Source: Camelus dromedarius
Taxonomy: Eukaryota
DNA: 64,000 nucleotides
Reading direction: 5' to 3'
Assembly (NCBI RefSeq): GCF_036321535.1
Contig: NC_087437.1
Location: forward strand, 64,916,001 to 64,980,000
Every line of letters begins with the position of its first letter. The first letter of the stretch is position 1. Under the pieces are notes generated by a model that did no database searches, was not told the DNA's origin, and worked only from the letters and a program-made list of their open reading frames with translations. The position numbers and the translations under genes are program-made. Shown piece after piece: positions 13,486 through 25,920 of this stretch.

Positions 13486-13853
13486 TATTTTTTAAACAAT
13501 ACATATTCCTTCTACCTAAAGGGTTTTTTTTTTTGTTTGTTGATTGGTGGGTTTTGGGGTTTTTTATATTTCTTGGGGAGTATGCATACTGGCAATGAAT
13601 TTTATCAGTATTTGTCTGAAAAAGTAATTCTCCATCATTTCTGAAGAATATTTTTTGCTGGGTAAAGAATTGGGTTGACAATTTTCTTTCTTTCAGTACT
13701 TTAAGTACAGCACTCCATTATTTTCTTATTTGCAAGGTTTCAAGGGGGAGAAAAAGTCTGCTGTAATTCTTATCCTTCTTCTGTGGGTAATTTTGTTTCC
13801 CTCTATGTATTTTCAAGATTTCCTCTTTGCTTTTGGTTTTCAACTTTGAATAT

Positions 13854-14249
13854 TGGCATGGACTGAATTGTTTCCCCCTAGAATTTATATGCTGAAGTCT
13901 TAACCCCAGGTACCATTGAATGTGACTGTATTTGAAGATATGGTCTTTAAAGAGGTGATTTAAGTTTAGATGAGGCTGTTGAGATGGCCCCTAATCCAGT
14001 CTGACTGATGTCCTTATAAGAAGGGAAAGTTTGGACACAGAGACACTATGAATAACATCCATGGACAGAGGGATGACTATGTAAAGAGACAGCAAGAAGA
14101 CAGCCATCTGCAAGCCACAAGGAGATGCCCCAACCCTGCCACACCTTGATCTTAAACTTGCAGACTTCAGAACTGTGAGGAATAAATTTCTGTTGCTTCA
14201 GCCACCCAGTCTGTGGTATTTTGTTATGGTAGCCCAGCAAATTCATATA
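13854..14249 (+). mobile_element. MaLR solo LTR (MLT1B-like)
   Basis: ggactgaattgtttcccc...cctaatccagtctgactgatgtccttataagaaggg...aataaatttctgttg; 5-bp TSD AATAT at 13849-13853 and 14250-14254. Confidence 0.88.
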
Positions 14250-14603
14250 AATATAGGTAGGGTTTTTTTTGTTTGTTTGTTTTGGTTTGGTTTGGATATT
14301 TATCTTTCCTCTGAGCTTCTTAGATCTGTGGTTTGAGTTATGGCATTAATTTAAAAATATTCTTGGCCATTATTTCTTCAGATATTTGTTCTGTCTCATA
14401 TTCTTTCTCTTTACCTCTCCTGGGATTCCAGTTACATGTATATTATACCATTTGGTGTTTTCCTTCAGCTCTTGGTTGCACTGTTCTGCTTTTTACCCCC
14501 ATCCTATTTTTTCTTTTGTTTATTAGTTTATGTAATTTTTATTGACCTATTTTCAGGTTCCATGATTCTTCTTTGCTCCGCCAAGTTTATTGATGGGACT
14601 TTT

Positions 14604-15343
14604 TTTAATTTTTGGTTTTTCCTTTGATTTGTTTATTTCTTTGTTCACCTTTCTTTAAACATTTTTTTATTCAGTTATATAGTCATTTTACAATGTTGTA
14701 TCAAATTCCAGTGTAGAGCACAATTTTCAGTTATACATGAACATACATATATTCATTGTCACATTTTTTTTGCTGTGAGCTACCACAAGATCTTGTATAT
14801 ATTTCCCTGTGCTATACAGTATAATCTTGTTTATCTATTCTACATTTTGAAATCCCAGTCTGTCCCTTCCCACCCTCCCGCCCCCTTGGCAACCAAAAGT
14901 TTGTATTCTATGTCTATAAGTCTGTTTCTGTTTTGTATTTATGTTCTTTTTTTTTTTAAGATTCCACATATGAGTGATCTCATTTGGTATTTTTGTTTCT
15001 CTTTCTGGCTTACTTCACTTAGAAAGACATTCTCCAGGAACATCCATGTTGCTGCAAATGGCATTATGTTGTTGGTTTTTATGGCTGAATACTATTCCAT
15101 TGTATAAATATACCACCTCTTCTTTATCCAGTCATCTGTTGATGAACATTTAGGCTGTTTCCATGTCTTGGCTATTGTAAATAGTGCTGCTATGAACAAT
15201 GGGGTGCAGGTGTCTTTTTGAAGTAGGGTTCCTTCTGGATATATGCCCAGGAGTGGGATTCCTGGGTCATATGGTAAGTCTATTCCTAGTCTTTTGAGGA
15301 ATCTCCATACTGTTTTCCACAGTGGCTGCACAAAACTGTATTC
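14604..15343 (-). mobile_element. Younger (camelid-type) 5'-truncated L1
   Basis: ORF 15092-15373 is a well-preserved ORF2 C-terminus ([31 protein letters not shown]); 16-bp TSD TATTGATGGGACTTTT at 14588-14603 and 15344-15359. Confidence 0.92.
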
Positions 15344-15607
15344 TATTGATGGGACTTTTAAGGCATTTTTCATCTCTGTTACTGCATTTTTTTTTCTGGC
15401 TTTTCATTTGATTCTTTCTTATAATTTACATTTCTCTGACAGAATTATCTTTAAAATATCTTTTCCATTAGATCCTTTAACCTATTGAATATAATTATTT
15501 TAAGTCTTCTGTAAAATAGTTCCAACGTCTGTGTCATATTTGTTTCTGGTTCTGATTATTGTTTTGTCTCTTCAGATTTTTATTTTTCTTGCCATTTTTT
15601 ATGTCTC

Positions 15608-16616
15608 TGCTATATAAATTCATATGTTAAGGCCTTAACACCCAGTGTGATAGTATGGGCCTTTGGTGGTAATTAGGCTTAGATGAGGTCATGAGGTCTA
15701 TGAGGGTGGGGCTCTCATGATGGGATTAGTGCTCATATACAAAGAGACACCAGAGAGCTTGCTCTCGCTCACTCTTTTAACATATGAGAACACAGAGAGA
15801 AGACAGCCATCTGAAAGCCAGGAAGAGAGCTCTTACTGGTACCAAACCAAACTTTGTTCCACTTGCCCGATGCAGTGCAAAGCCAATCCACTGACACTGG
15901 GTTGTGGTGAAGGAAAGTATAGCATTTATTGGAGGATGCCAAACAAAGAGAATGGGAAGGTCATGTTTAAAAGACCTGCACTCCCCAATGGCTTTCAGGG
16001 AAGAGTCTTTAAAGACAGTGTGAGGGAAAGTGTTGTGGGGTGTGTGATCAGCTCATGCACAATATATGCACAGTTTTTTGATTGGTTGATGATAAAGTAA
16101 CAGGGTGGTATTTCAGAAATCTCAATCATCAACCTTCTGGTTCCAGCCAGTCTAGGGTTTCCTTGCTGGTGGTCAGCATGCAGCTAATTTTTTCCCACCT
16201 GATGGGGTTAGTATCTGCAAAACAACTTAAGGATGTGGCTCAGGATATTACCTATATAGCCCTTGAGGAGGAACTAAAGGTCCTTGACTTTGATTTCTGG
16301 CTAAAATAATTATTTTGTTTTCCTTGATTGTTTTTCTCTGTTTTTTTCATTTTCTCACTTCTCTGATTAAATTTATTCTTTGGAACTCAGGGAAGACCTA
16401 GGAAGCTAAAGCAGTTTTACAAAGAAGAGGTGGGTGACACAGGGGTGGAGCATGACCCCAGGAAGGCCCCACAAGGTTCTGCTTGGTTTCATTATCAGAA
16501 CCCAACTATGCTAGCATCCTGATCTTGGACTTCCCAACCTCCAGAACTGTGAGAAATAAATTTCTGCTTAAGCCACCCAGTCTATGGTATTATGACAGCC
16601 TGAACAGATTAAGACA
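15608..16616 (+). mobile_element. MaLR LTR (MLT1A-like), split by an ERV LTR
   Basis: gatgaggtcatgagg...ctcatgatgggattagtgc...agccaggaagagagc [insert] cagaacc...tgatcttggacttcccaacctccagaactgtgagaaataaa...taagaca. Confidence 0.85.
15837..16491 (-). mobile_element. ERV (class I-like) solo LTR
   Basis: TG...CA termini; 4-bp TSD TTAC/TTAT (one mismatch); minus-strand AATAAA near 15926; cleanly interrupts the MLT1A. Confidence 0.75.
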
Positions 16617-18891
16617 GCCTCATATATTTTTTTTGTTCAAAATCAGATGTGTTATATAAAATAATAGCTACTGAGGTAAATATGTTTTATTTATTAAATA
16701 ATATATCTATTAGATATATCCATTCTCTTTTAGGTTGTCTGTTAGAGATAAGCATGCTTTTCTTTCTACTAGGTCCTTAGCAATGAGGGGATTTGTGTCA
16801 GTTTTGTCTGGAGTTGAGTTGGGTTTGAAGTTTGTTGTTGGTATGATTAATTAACCACAGTGAACTACAGGCTTCAAATTTCTCTGATGATACCTTGTGT
16901 GGGCTATTTGCCAGTGTTTCTCTCAATATCTTCTCTACACTTGGCTTTCTCTCTTTCTGCTTTTTGTTGCACCTTCCCTTTGAACTGCTCCCGAGGAAGA
17001 ATCTGTCTTTTGCAGCTCTCCTAGCTATGTTCCATTCTTATTGTTACTTGACACTTATCAGAGTGGTTGTGGCAGAGGGGACTGAGGAAGGCAGAGTTCT
17101 CTGATGTTCTAATTGTTTCAGCTTCAGTCAGACATTGTGACCCTGCTCTTGTGGGCCTTCATAGTGTTCCTGTCCCTCCGCCAAATCTAGTGCTAGGCCA
17201 GAACCTATTCCTGATTTTTTCCCAGGGTTAAACATGTTTTTCCTGTTTTCCTCCCCCAGTGGCAATGGGCTTCCACCAGTGCCTTAAAATGTAGTTTTTG
17301 TTTCCAAAATCTCTACAGATTAAGCCTTTTGTTCCATAAGGTTTAATCTGATAGATAGGATAGATGGGTTTGGGCAGAGTTTTGGCAGCAATTTTTTGTC
17401 CCCATCATCTATCAATCCCTATGAGGAAAATTTCCTCAGAATTTTCTCCAACTTTCCTTGTGAGCTGTTGGTGATGTTCTCACAGAAAAACCGTGCAAGA
17501 AAGTGCAAACCCCCAGGGGGCTTCATTGTATCACACTAGCCTATACTCAGCCTTTAGCAACTTATTTTCCAGCTGACTCTTGTTACTGACATGTGGCATC
17601 TGGAGGCCTCTGCCCAGGTAATCGAATGCTTTGATCCTGTTTTTCCATATAGGAGCTTGTCTCTCCCTAAATTTGGGGTTACATTTTTGCCCTATCATAG
17701 CAGTTCCCTAAAGGATTCAAGAGTCTTCATTGATTTGCAGTTTGTCCTGCATTTTCTTGCTGTTAGGGTGGGAACAACTCTTATATAGCTCTCTATATCT
17801 CTGAGTTGAAACCAGAATTAATCTCTATAATTTTTCATGTACAATTTCTGGGGCTTAAAAAAATGACCAGACACACAAGTTTGCTGAATACAAAGTTAAT
17901 ATACACAATCAACTTAATGTCTATATAGCAGCCACAAATAATAGAAAATAAAAATTTTAAATGATGCAATTTGCTATCAAGCCATATCAATACCCAGAAA
18001 TAAACCACATGAAGATGTGTGGAATTTCTTTAAAAAAAAAAAACCTTTAAAAATTATTAAAAGAAATTGAAAAATACAAAAAATAAATAGAGATATACTA
18101 AGTTCATAAATTAGAAGACTCAATAATATAAAAATGGCAATTCCCCCCAAGTTGACCTATTGATGTAAGGCAATCCCAATTAAGATCCTAGTAGATTTTT
18201 GTGGAAATTATCAGGCTGATTCTAAAATGTGTGTGGAAATGCAGAGCTAAAAATAGTCGCATCATTCTTGAAGAAAAAAATGAGGTAGAAGGACTTGTTC
18301 CAGCAGATATCAAGACTTGTTTTAAAGCTCTAATTAAAAGAGTGTGGTATTGGCACGAAAGTTGGCAAATAAATAGGCCAATGGAAAAGAATAGTGAATC
18401 TGGAATCAGATACACATGTGTATTGACACTTGACTTTTGGAAAAGCTGACACTGCTGAGCAGTGGGAAAGGAATCAATTTTCAATAATTGGGCTTGGTCA
18501 GTTGGATATCCATATGAGAAAAGGTGAAATGTAACCCCCTCTACCACACACCTCAGTTCTATGCAGACTGAAGACCTAAATGTAAAAACCAAAATATAAT
18601 TCTCCTAGGACACAATAGAGGAGAATATCTTCATGATCCTAGGGCAGGCAAGTGTTTTATCTTAAGTGAAAAGCTAAAATCTTAAGGACATTAAAGGAAA
18701 AGATTTATAAATCAAACTTAATAAAATAATAAAATATTAGTTCATCAGTATCATTAAGAGAGCAAAAAGGCAAGTCACAAATTGGGAGAAGATATTTTCA
18801 ACCTATATACCACAAAAAGGACCATATCCAGGATATACGAGAAACTCGTACAAATCAAGAAAGTAGTAGAAAACTAAATAGAAAAATAAGC

Positions 18892-19077
18892 AAAAGAGTT
18901 TACCAAAGCCAAAAAAAGGATATCCCAAAAGTACAAAAGGCTAGTAAACATATGAAAAAGTGCTCAACTTCATAGTCTTCAAGGAAAAGAGTTTACCAAA
19001 GCCAAAAAGAGGATATCCCAAAAGTACAAAAGGCTAGTAAACATATGAAAAAGTGCTCAACTTCATAGTCTTCAAGG
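18892..19077. repeat. Direct tandem duplication, 2 x 93 bp
   Basis: 18892-18984 and 18985-19077 are identical except one A/G substitution. Confidence 0.95.
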
Positions 19078-19257
19078 AAATGCAAATTAAACCACAATGC
19101 AATACTATTACACAGCCACCTGTAGAGCTATACTTGAAAAGACTTACCGATTCCAAATATTGCCAAGGATATGAAACAATGAAAACTTTCATACACTGGT
19201 GGTATGTAGGTAAATTTGGGGAAAAATTGTCATTTTTTACTAAAGTTCAACATATGC

Positions 19258-19759
19258 TTACTTTACTGGTAATCTATTGCTGCAACATTGTAATATTGTT
19301 TTAGTGGATTAAAATAATAAATATACATCCTCTCACTCTTTCTGTGGGGAATTTGACAGTAGCTTAGCTGTAGGGTTTTTGGCCTAGGGTCTCTCATGAG
19401 TTTAGTCAAGATGTCAGCTCTTTTGAAGACTTGACTGCAGCTAGAAAATTTCCTTCCAAGATGGCTTACTCACATGACTATTGGTAGGACGTCTTAGTTC
19501 CTCAGTATGTGGGCCTTTCCATAGGACTACTTGAGTGTCCTCGTAATATTGCAACTGGTTTCCCCCAGAGCAAGCAAGGAAAAAGCTGTAGTGCCTTTTA
19601 TGACATGGTGTCAAAGGTAACACCTTGTCACTTCCGTTATTCTATTCAATAGAAGTGAGTTACTAAGTCCAGCCTATACTTGAAGGTCATGAATTTACGC
19701 TCCCCCTTTTGAAGACAGGAGGTCAAAGAATTTATGGACATATGCTAAAATCACCACAC
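19258..19759 (-). mobile_element. MaLR LTR (MLT1G/H-like) inserted in L1
   Basis: tctattgctgc...agcttagctg...agggtctctcatgag...ttccaagatggcttactcacatg...ctacttgagtgtcctc...aaaatcaccaca. Confidence 0.75.
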
Positions 19760-20934
19760 ATACCCTATGACCAAATAATGTGACCCTAAATTATAGAAGC
19801 AAAAATGGGCAGGTGTATGCCCCCTTAAACATTTACTGGTATGTTTATAGCATTATTATTCATAATAGCCAAATAGTAGGAACAAATCAAGTGTCTATCA
19901 ACAATAGAATGGATAAATAACTTATGATATATTCTAACATTGGAAAACTATTCAGAAATGAAAATTAATAAACTACAAATTAAGTATACTACAGGAACAT
20001 GCAAAAACCATGGATGACTCTCACTAATTCTTTCGGTCACTAATATTGAGCAAAAGAGACAAACTCAAAAAAAACTGTACTACATTCTTTCCTTTATATA
20101 AATGTTAAAAGAGGCAAAACTAATCTATAATGTAAGAAATCAAGATGGTGGTTGCCTTTGGAGAGGAGGAAGGAGGGAATGACTAAGAGGGATCATGAGG
20201 GAGAGCTTCTGAAATGGTATTAACTGTGCTATAACTTGCCCAGAATGGTGGTTGCAAAGGTATGTTTACAACATGATAGTTCACTGGGCCATATACCTCT
20301 TATTTGTGCAGATTTCAGACTTGTCTTACCCTTCAAATTTGGAAAATTTTAAAAAAGATACCAAGGAAAGAAAAAAGTACTCTTCAGGCAAGAACAAAAC
20401 AGGACTGTGTGCTGAATTTGGCTTGCAACTAGCCTTAGTTTGTAATATCTGCATTAAACCAGGGTTGGTAAATTTGATCTTCAGCAGGCCTCAAAGCATT
20501 TGGGTTATGGTAGTCTTTGGTGGTGGCATAAATCTATTCCTGTAGAATTTAGAATTGTTGACTGTTGTTTCTGGAAAAGACCTTTTGGATCATTTGACAC
20601 AGTGATTTTTTAAACCAACCTCTGGCAGAGGCAACCCCTTAGGTGTTCCACAGAATGACAGGGTTTCTCAGAACACAGTTTAAAAACCACTGATCTCGTC
20701 TAACTCCCTTTGCTACAAGTAAAGATACTGAGGCTTAGAGAGACTCAGTGTTACCTGTTTAGAGTTACAGAACTATTACTTGGTGGTAATGACCTGAGAG
20801 TCACTGCCATCTGAAGGTAACATTATGCTGCCCTGATGGAGAAGCCAGAACAGTGTTTCATTTAGGGGCTGCCCTGGGGAATACCCTTTTTGGTAACAAA
20901 GATGTGGGGCATTTTCTCATCTAGCTCACCCTTC

Positions 20935-21060
20935 AAGTAGTTTCTCAACTCTGGCTGCACATTAGAACCATCTGGGAACTTTTTTAAAAAATACTGCTTC
21001 CTGGGCCTCCCCATAGACTAATTGAGTCAGACTCTCTGGAGTGGGCTGGAAAGAACTGGA
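20935..21060. mobile_element. MER5B-like hAT fragment
   Basis: tttctcaactctggctgcacattagaaccatctgggaac...aattgagtcagactctctgg. Confidence 0.6.
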
Positions 21061-21554
21061 TATTCTCACCCTTATTGGGCATTACTGAGATGTTCATGGA
21101 CTGAGCTCATCATCTCAGAGGAGCTCTGAGTCTGAACAGTAAACTGGGCCCTGCCACAAGAGGAATAAACACTAGAGAGAGAGAGAAAAAAAAAATCCCA
21201 GTGATGGTAGCAAAACTCCAGGCTCTCTGCCTTTGTTGCTATGACCTGAGGATGTGGACCTCTTCTCCGTGGCTCCAGGCTCAGGAATGCAGCCCCCTAT
21301 TTGTCTCTAGCTTTTCTCTTTATAAAAAAATATTGAGGTAACCAGATCCTTAGGACTTGCATGACAAGTGCAATTGAAGTACATTGGTTTCAGGCATGGT
21401 TTTGGCAGAACATGGATTTAACCCCTCTGCTCAAGAGCCCAGCAGGACCCTTCTCTGAGGGAGGTCGCCCTTAGAGATGTGTTAGTTCTGTATTCCTCTG
21501 TCCAGCCAAGGGACACTGACATCTTCTTAATCTGGGTCCTTTTCACCTTTGAAC

Positions 21555-21720
21555 TGTAGAATGCCAGAGGTGGAAGGACCAAGGAGGTTATCTTATCCAG
21601 TTTCCCATTTGATAGATAAAAACATTCTAGGCCTAAAGTGACTTACATAAGGTCACACTGAATGTCAGTGGAAATGTCCTGACACAAACACCCTTGGTCT
21701 GATTCTACACCCAGTACTCA
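21555..21720 (-). mobile_element. MIR fragment
   Basis: tagaatgccagaggtggaaggacc...cccatttgatagataaaaac...gtgacttacataaggtcacac. Confidence 0.6.
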
Positions 21721-21729
21721 CTCTTTTTT

Positions 21730-23730
21730 TTTGGTTTGTTTGTTTCAAAAGTATTTTAAAATATAAAATATGCCCAAGATACAGAAAAGCATACAAAATA
21801 CACAATTGGCACCACTTATACCACCCAAATTTAACTGATTTTACATTTTTAGCATATTTGTTTCAGATATTTTTTTTTAATGTTACAGATTCAGCTAAAA
21901 TCCCTCCCAACCCATTTCTCTCCTCCTTCTCTCTTGGGAGTAACAACACTCTAAGACTGGTGAATCCCATTCCCATGAATGTTTTTATGCTTTGTTCTAC
22001 ATATATGTGAACCTTCCATAACACTAGACAATATTGTGTCTTAACGTTTGAAAAAATAGTATCTTGCAACTTCTTTATTCATACAACATTATGTTTTTAA
22101 TACTCATTCATGTTATAGATCTGGTCAATTCATTATAACAGTGACAGATTATCTCAACCACTGATAAGCTCCATCTTATTTATTTCCCTCCAGTGGAAAG
22201 TTGTTTCCAAGTTTTGCACAGATTGCTTTGTAGTGAACATCCTTGCACATGTATCTGTGTACACAAGAGTGAGAATTTCTATAGAATGGAGACCTAGAGG
22301 GGAAATCACAAAGTCCTAGAATATGTGCACCTTCAGCTTTATGAGGTTTTGTCAAATTGTTTTCCAAAGTAGTTGAACCAATCTGTACTTCTCACATCTT
22401 TACCAACACTTGGTTGTCTCAGACTTTTACGCTTTAATCATTTGGTCAGATGTGAAACAGCATTTGTTGTTTGAATTTTCCAATTTCTGATTACTAGTCA
22501 GTTTGAGCATCTTTTAATATATTTAATAGTGAACCAGATTTCTTCCATGTGAATTGCCTATTCATCCCCCTTACTATTGGGTTGTCTCTTACTTGCTTTC
22601 CAAGGGTTTTTTTTAAATATATGCTGGTTATAATTTTTTTGCCTTTGAAATACATGGCAAATATCTAATTCCAGTTTGTGGTTTGTTTTTTCACTTTGTA
22701 TATGTTGTCTTTTGTTTATAGAACTTTTTAATTTAGTATAGTCTGATCAGTTTTCCTTAATGAATAATTCTTTTTATTTTCTGTTTAAGAATATATTCTT
22801 TTCTTCAAGGTTATATGGGTATTCTACCATATTTTCTTATAAAAGCTTCAAATTTTTGCTTTTAGCATTTAGAGTTTAATCAGTTTGGAATTTTGTATGT
22901 GGTATGAAGAAAAGATAGATATTACATTTTAATATAATAGACACTAATTGTCCCAGTATCACTTATTGAATAGTACCATTGAAATATAATGCCATCTCTG
23001 TTATGTATCAAGTTCCCATTTATACGGATGTCTATTTCCAGAATCTCTTTTACGCTCCACTTGTTTGTCTATCTGTATGCCAATGCTACATGTTTTAATT
23101 GCTCTAGCTTTATTGGGGCAAATTCCCCCCTTCCTCCTTATTGTTATTCAAAATTATCTTGGCTAATTACCACCTTACAATTTCCACTTAATTTTAGAAA
23201 TGGCTTGTGAAGTTCTGGGAAGATTTTTTCAGAAATTTGTTTTGAAATATATAGAATTTATTGATTAATTTGAGGAAAATTATCATCCTTAGTGATATTG
23301 AGTGTTCTTATCCACAAACATGGTGCATCTTTGCATTTGTTTAAGTCTTTTAAAAAGTGTTTCCAGTAACTTTTTTCAAATTTCTCCATAAAGCTATTCC
23401 ACATATATTGTTAAAGATTTATTCCTAGTTACGTTATCAATTTATTGCTATTGCAAATATATATTTTAAAGTCCTATCTTTGAAATGGATGTTGCTGGTA
23501 TATACAGATGACATTGGCATTAATATATTGGCCTTGTTTCCAGCAATCTTTCTTGTTAGTCCTTATATATAATTTGTAGATTCTCTTCAATATTCTATAT
23601 AAGTAATCATAATACAGTGAATAACATCTTCATTCTTCATTTTCAGACTTTTAATTTTTATTTTCTTATTATACCAGTAATAACATCCTGTAAAATGTTG
23701 AATAGAAGTGGTAATAATAAACATATTTGT
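21730..23730 (-). mobile_element. Ancient L1ME-like fragment
   Basis: T-rich antisense ORF2/3'UTR text (gtcaaattgttttccaaagtagttgaaccaat; aaaatgttgaatagaagtggt). Confidence 0.75.
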
Positions 23731-24049
23731 TCCCAGACTCCTTTCACTAGATTCTACCACCTCTTGCTTTTAGCCCTACTCCAAGATAAATTGTCTTGTT
23801 CTATTCCACTAACCAAGAAATAGGTCTCCCAATCTCTACTGACCCAGACCTCCCTAGACAAGTGTGCAGCTCCTACACCCCAGTCAACCAACTGCACTTA
23901 ATAAAGATGTCCATTCGTCCACAGGAGTTTCCTTTGGATGACCCACTCTTCTCTCAGGTGCACTGTGTTTGAAGTGGTTCAGAACCTTTCTGTATTCCAC
24001 ATATAAGTGATTAAAAAAAACCACACCCTGTTTATATATCTATATTCTT

Positions 24050-24720
24050 TAAAGGCATCACCATCCACCCAGGTGCAATAGTCAGAAACCTATATTCTTC
24101 TCTCAATTCCCACATCTAATTTGTCACCAATCTTGTTAATTCTATATTCTAAATATCTACCAGAGTATCCTCTCCTCTCCATGCCCAACACCAGCGACTG
24201 GCTTAAGGGTTCAGTATCTCCCACTTTGACTACAGTGGTCTCCCTGCCTTTCATCTCAATTCCTGCCTATCATTCTTCTCACTGCTGCCAAGTTTATCTT
24301 TCTAAAATGCAAGTCTGATCATGCCTCACCTGGCTTAAAACCCTTCACTGGCTCCTCCATGTCTAATGTATGAAGTCTTAGTTCTCCAGCTGGTCATACA
24401 AGGCCCTTTATTTACCCTGGCTGGCTCTCTAATATACTTGCCTACCACTCCCCACCTTTCTCTATTGTCTGGTAAAACAGAAGTGCTTATTATTCAGCTA
24501 TGCTATTTCCTGGTGCCATGGTTTTCGCACATGCTGGTCTCTTTGGTTGGATTACTCTGGCAAAATCTTACTTGTTTTCAAACCTAGATCACATGTGACT
24601 TCCTCCAGAAATTATGGATAATGAGCTCAACAAATATTTATGGAGCACTACCTATATGCCAAGTACTATACTGTATGCTAGGCATACAAAGATAGATAAG
24701 ATATACTCCAAATGATGTAG
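24050..24720 (+). mobile_element. L2 LINE remnant(s)
   Basis: ggcatcaccatccacccagg...tctttctaaaatgcaagtctgatcatg...cttaaaacccttcactggctcc. Confidence 0.65.
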
Positions 24721-25004
24721 CATCAGTTAGCTGCTTTCATTTCTTGCCCTCCTTTAAATTTAACTGCCTGAAGCATAACTTTTATTTAGATGTTCTTTTC
24801 TCCATTCTTGATAAATACACATATAGATGTACAAATATCACATTATTCTCAAATACAGATACACATGCACCTTATAGACACAATATTCAGATACATTCAT
24901 GGATACAGTTTCAACTTGGAAGTATGATTGTAAATGGTGAGATCATAAGCTCAGTACTGTATGGTTAGACCCTTGACCAGTCAACACAAAGCAGCACAGG
25001 ATGC

Positions 25005-25395
25005 CTAGGGTAGGAATTAAGGGTGTGTTCTCTGAACACGGATTGCCTGAGTTTGCATCTCAGCTCTGCTACTTACAAGCTGGGTGACCCTGGGTAAGTA
25101 ACTGAATCTTTGTACCTCAAGTTCCTCAGCTATAAAATGGGGACAATGACAGTTCTTGCCTCACAGTGTTGTTGAGGGAATTATTGAAGTTAAAACAAGA
25201 AGTGCTTAGAGGGGGAGGATATAGCTCAAGTGGTAGAGCGCATGCTTAGCATACACAAGGTCCTGGGTTCAATCCCCAGAACCTCCTCTAAAAATAAGTA
25301 AACCTAATTACCTACCCTGCTAAGAAAAAAAAAAAAAGTGCTTAGAATATAGCCTAGCACAATGGAACCATTTAAAATATTACAGTTATTATCAT
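25005..25395 (+). mobile_element. MIR SINE interrupted by a young SINE
   Basis: cagctctgctacttacaagctgggtgaccctgggtaagtaactgaatct...tataaaatggggacaatgacagt. Confidence 0.75.
25211..25335 (+). mobile_element. tRNA-derived SINE (camelid Vic-1-like)
   Basis: A box TAGCTCAAGTGG, B box GGTTCAATCCC, A-tail; 11-bp TSD AAGTGCTTAGA at 25200-25210 and 25336-25346. Confidence 0.9.
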
Positions 25396-25689
25396 TTTGT
25401 ATATGTGGACACTTCTGTCTCAGTCACTATCAGCAGGTCAAGTGATATTTTCTTCTATATCCAGCAATGAAAGAACTGTTGTTCTGAGCCAAATGTACAC
25501 TCCTATCTAATCTCTATTGAATAGTGGCACATGTTGGCAGAATGACTGGCTAAGGAGAGCTCATGGCACTGGAATAGAGTTTTTCTTTGTGTGAAACTAA
25601 ATGGCATACGTGGGAAGAAACTGCATTAACACACACTGATAGAATCAAATAGCTGTAAATACACATTGAGGCATAGCTAGATGAGGATG

Positions 25690-25920
25690 TATGATGTAAT
25701 AACTAAGAGCACAAGGTCTGGAATCAGACTGCCTCACTTAGACCATAACTCTGCCACTTACTGGCTTTGTGACTTTGGACAAGTTACTTCTTTGTACCTC
25801 AGCTTCCACATCTGTAAAATGCGATTGATAGTAATAGTTCTTATTTTGTATATTTATTGTGGAAATTTAATAATATATGTACAGCACTTAGAACATTACT
25901 TGGAATGCAATATATAATAG
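25690..25920 (+). mobile_element. MIR SINE
   Basis: taagagcacaaggtctggaatcagactgcct...ctctgccacttactggctttgtgactttggacaagttactt...catctgtaaaatg. Confidence 0.8.

Larger units (their letters stand above)
12990..17830 (-). mobile_element. Ancient antisense L1 (ORF1/5' region) hosting several nested insertions
   Basis: T-rich antisense L1 ORF1-like text (ttttgctgggtaaagaattgggttgaca; ttcttggccattatttcttca) resumes across each insert. Confidence 0.65.
17870..20350 (+). mobile_element. Ancient L1ME-like ORF2 3' part plus 3'UTR
   Basis: ORF 18201-18449 (LILKCVWKC...ILEEKNEVEGLVPADIKTCFKALIKRVWYWH) is L1 ORF2-like; A-rich strand. Confidence 0.85.

Noticed and set aside
18892..19077. CRISPR-like or functional repeat array
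   Set aside because: Only two abutting copies with no spacers, in mammalian L1-derived DNA
25211..25290. tRNA-Ala-like sequence as a real tRNA gene
   Set aside because: It has an A-rich tail, an 11-bp TSD and three diverged relatives in the window, so it is a SINE
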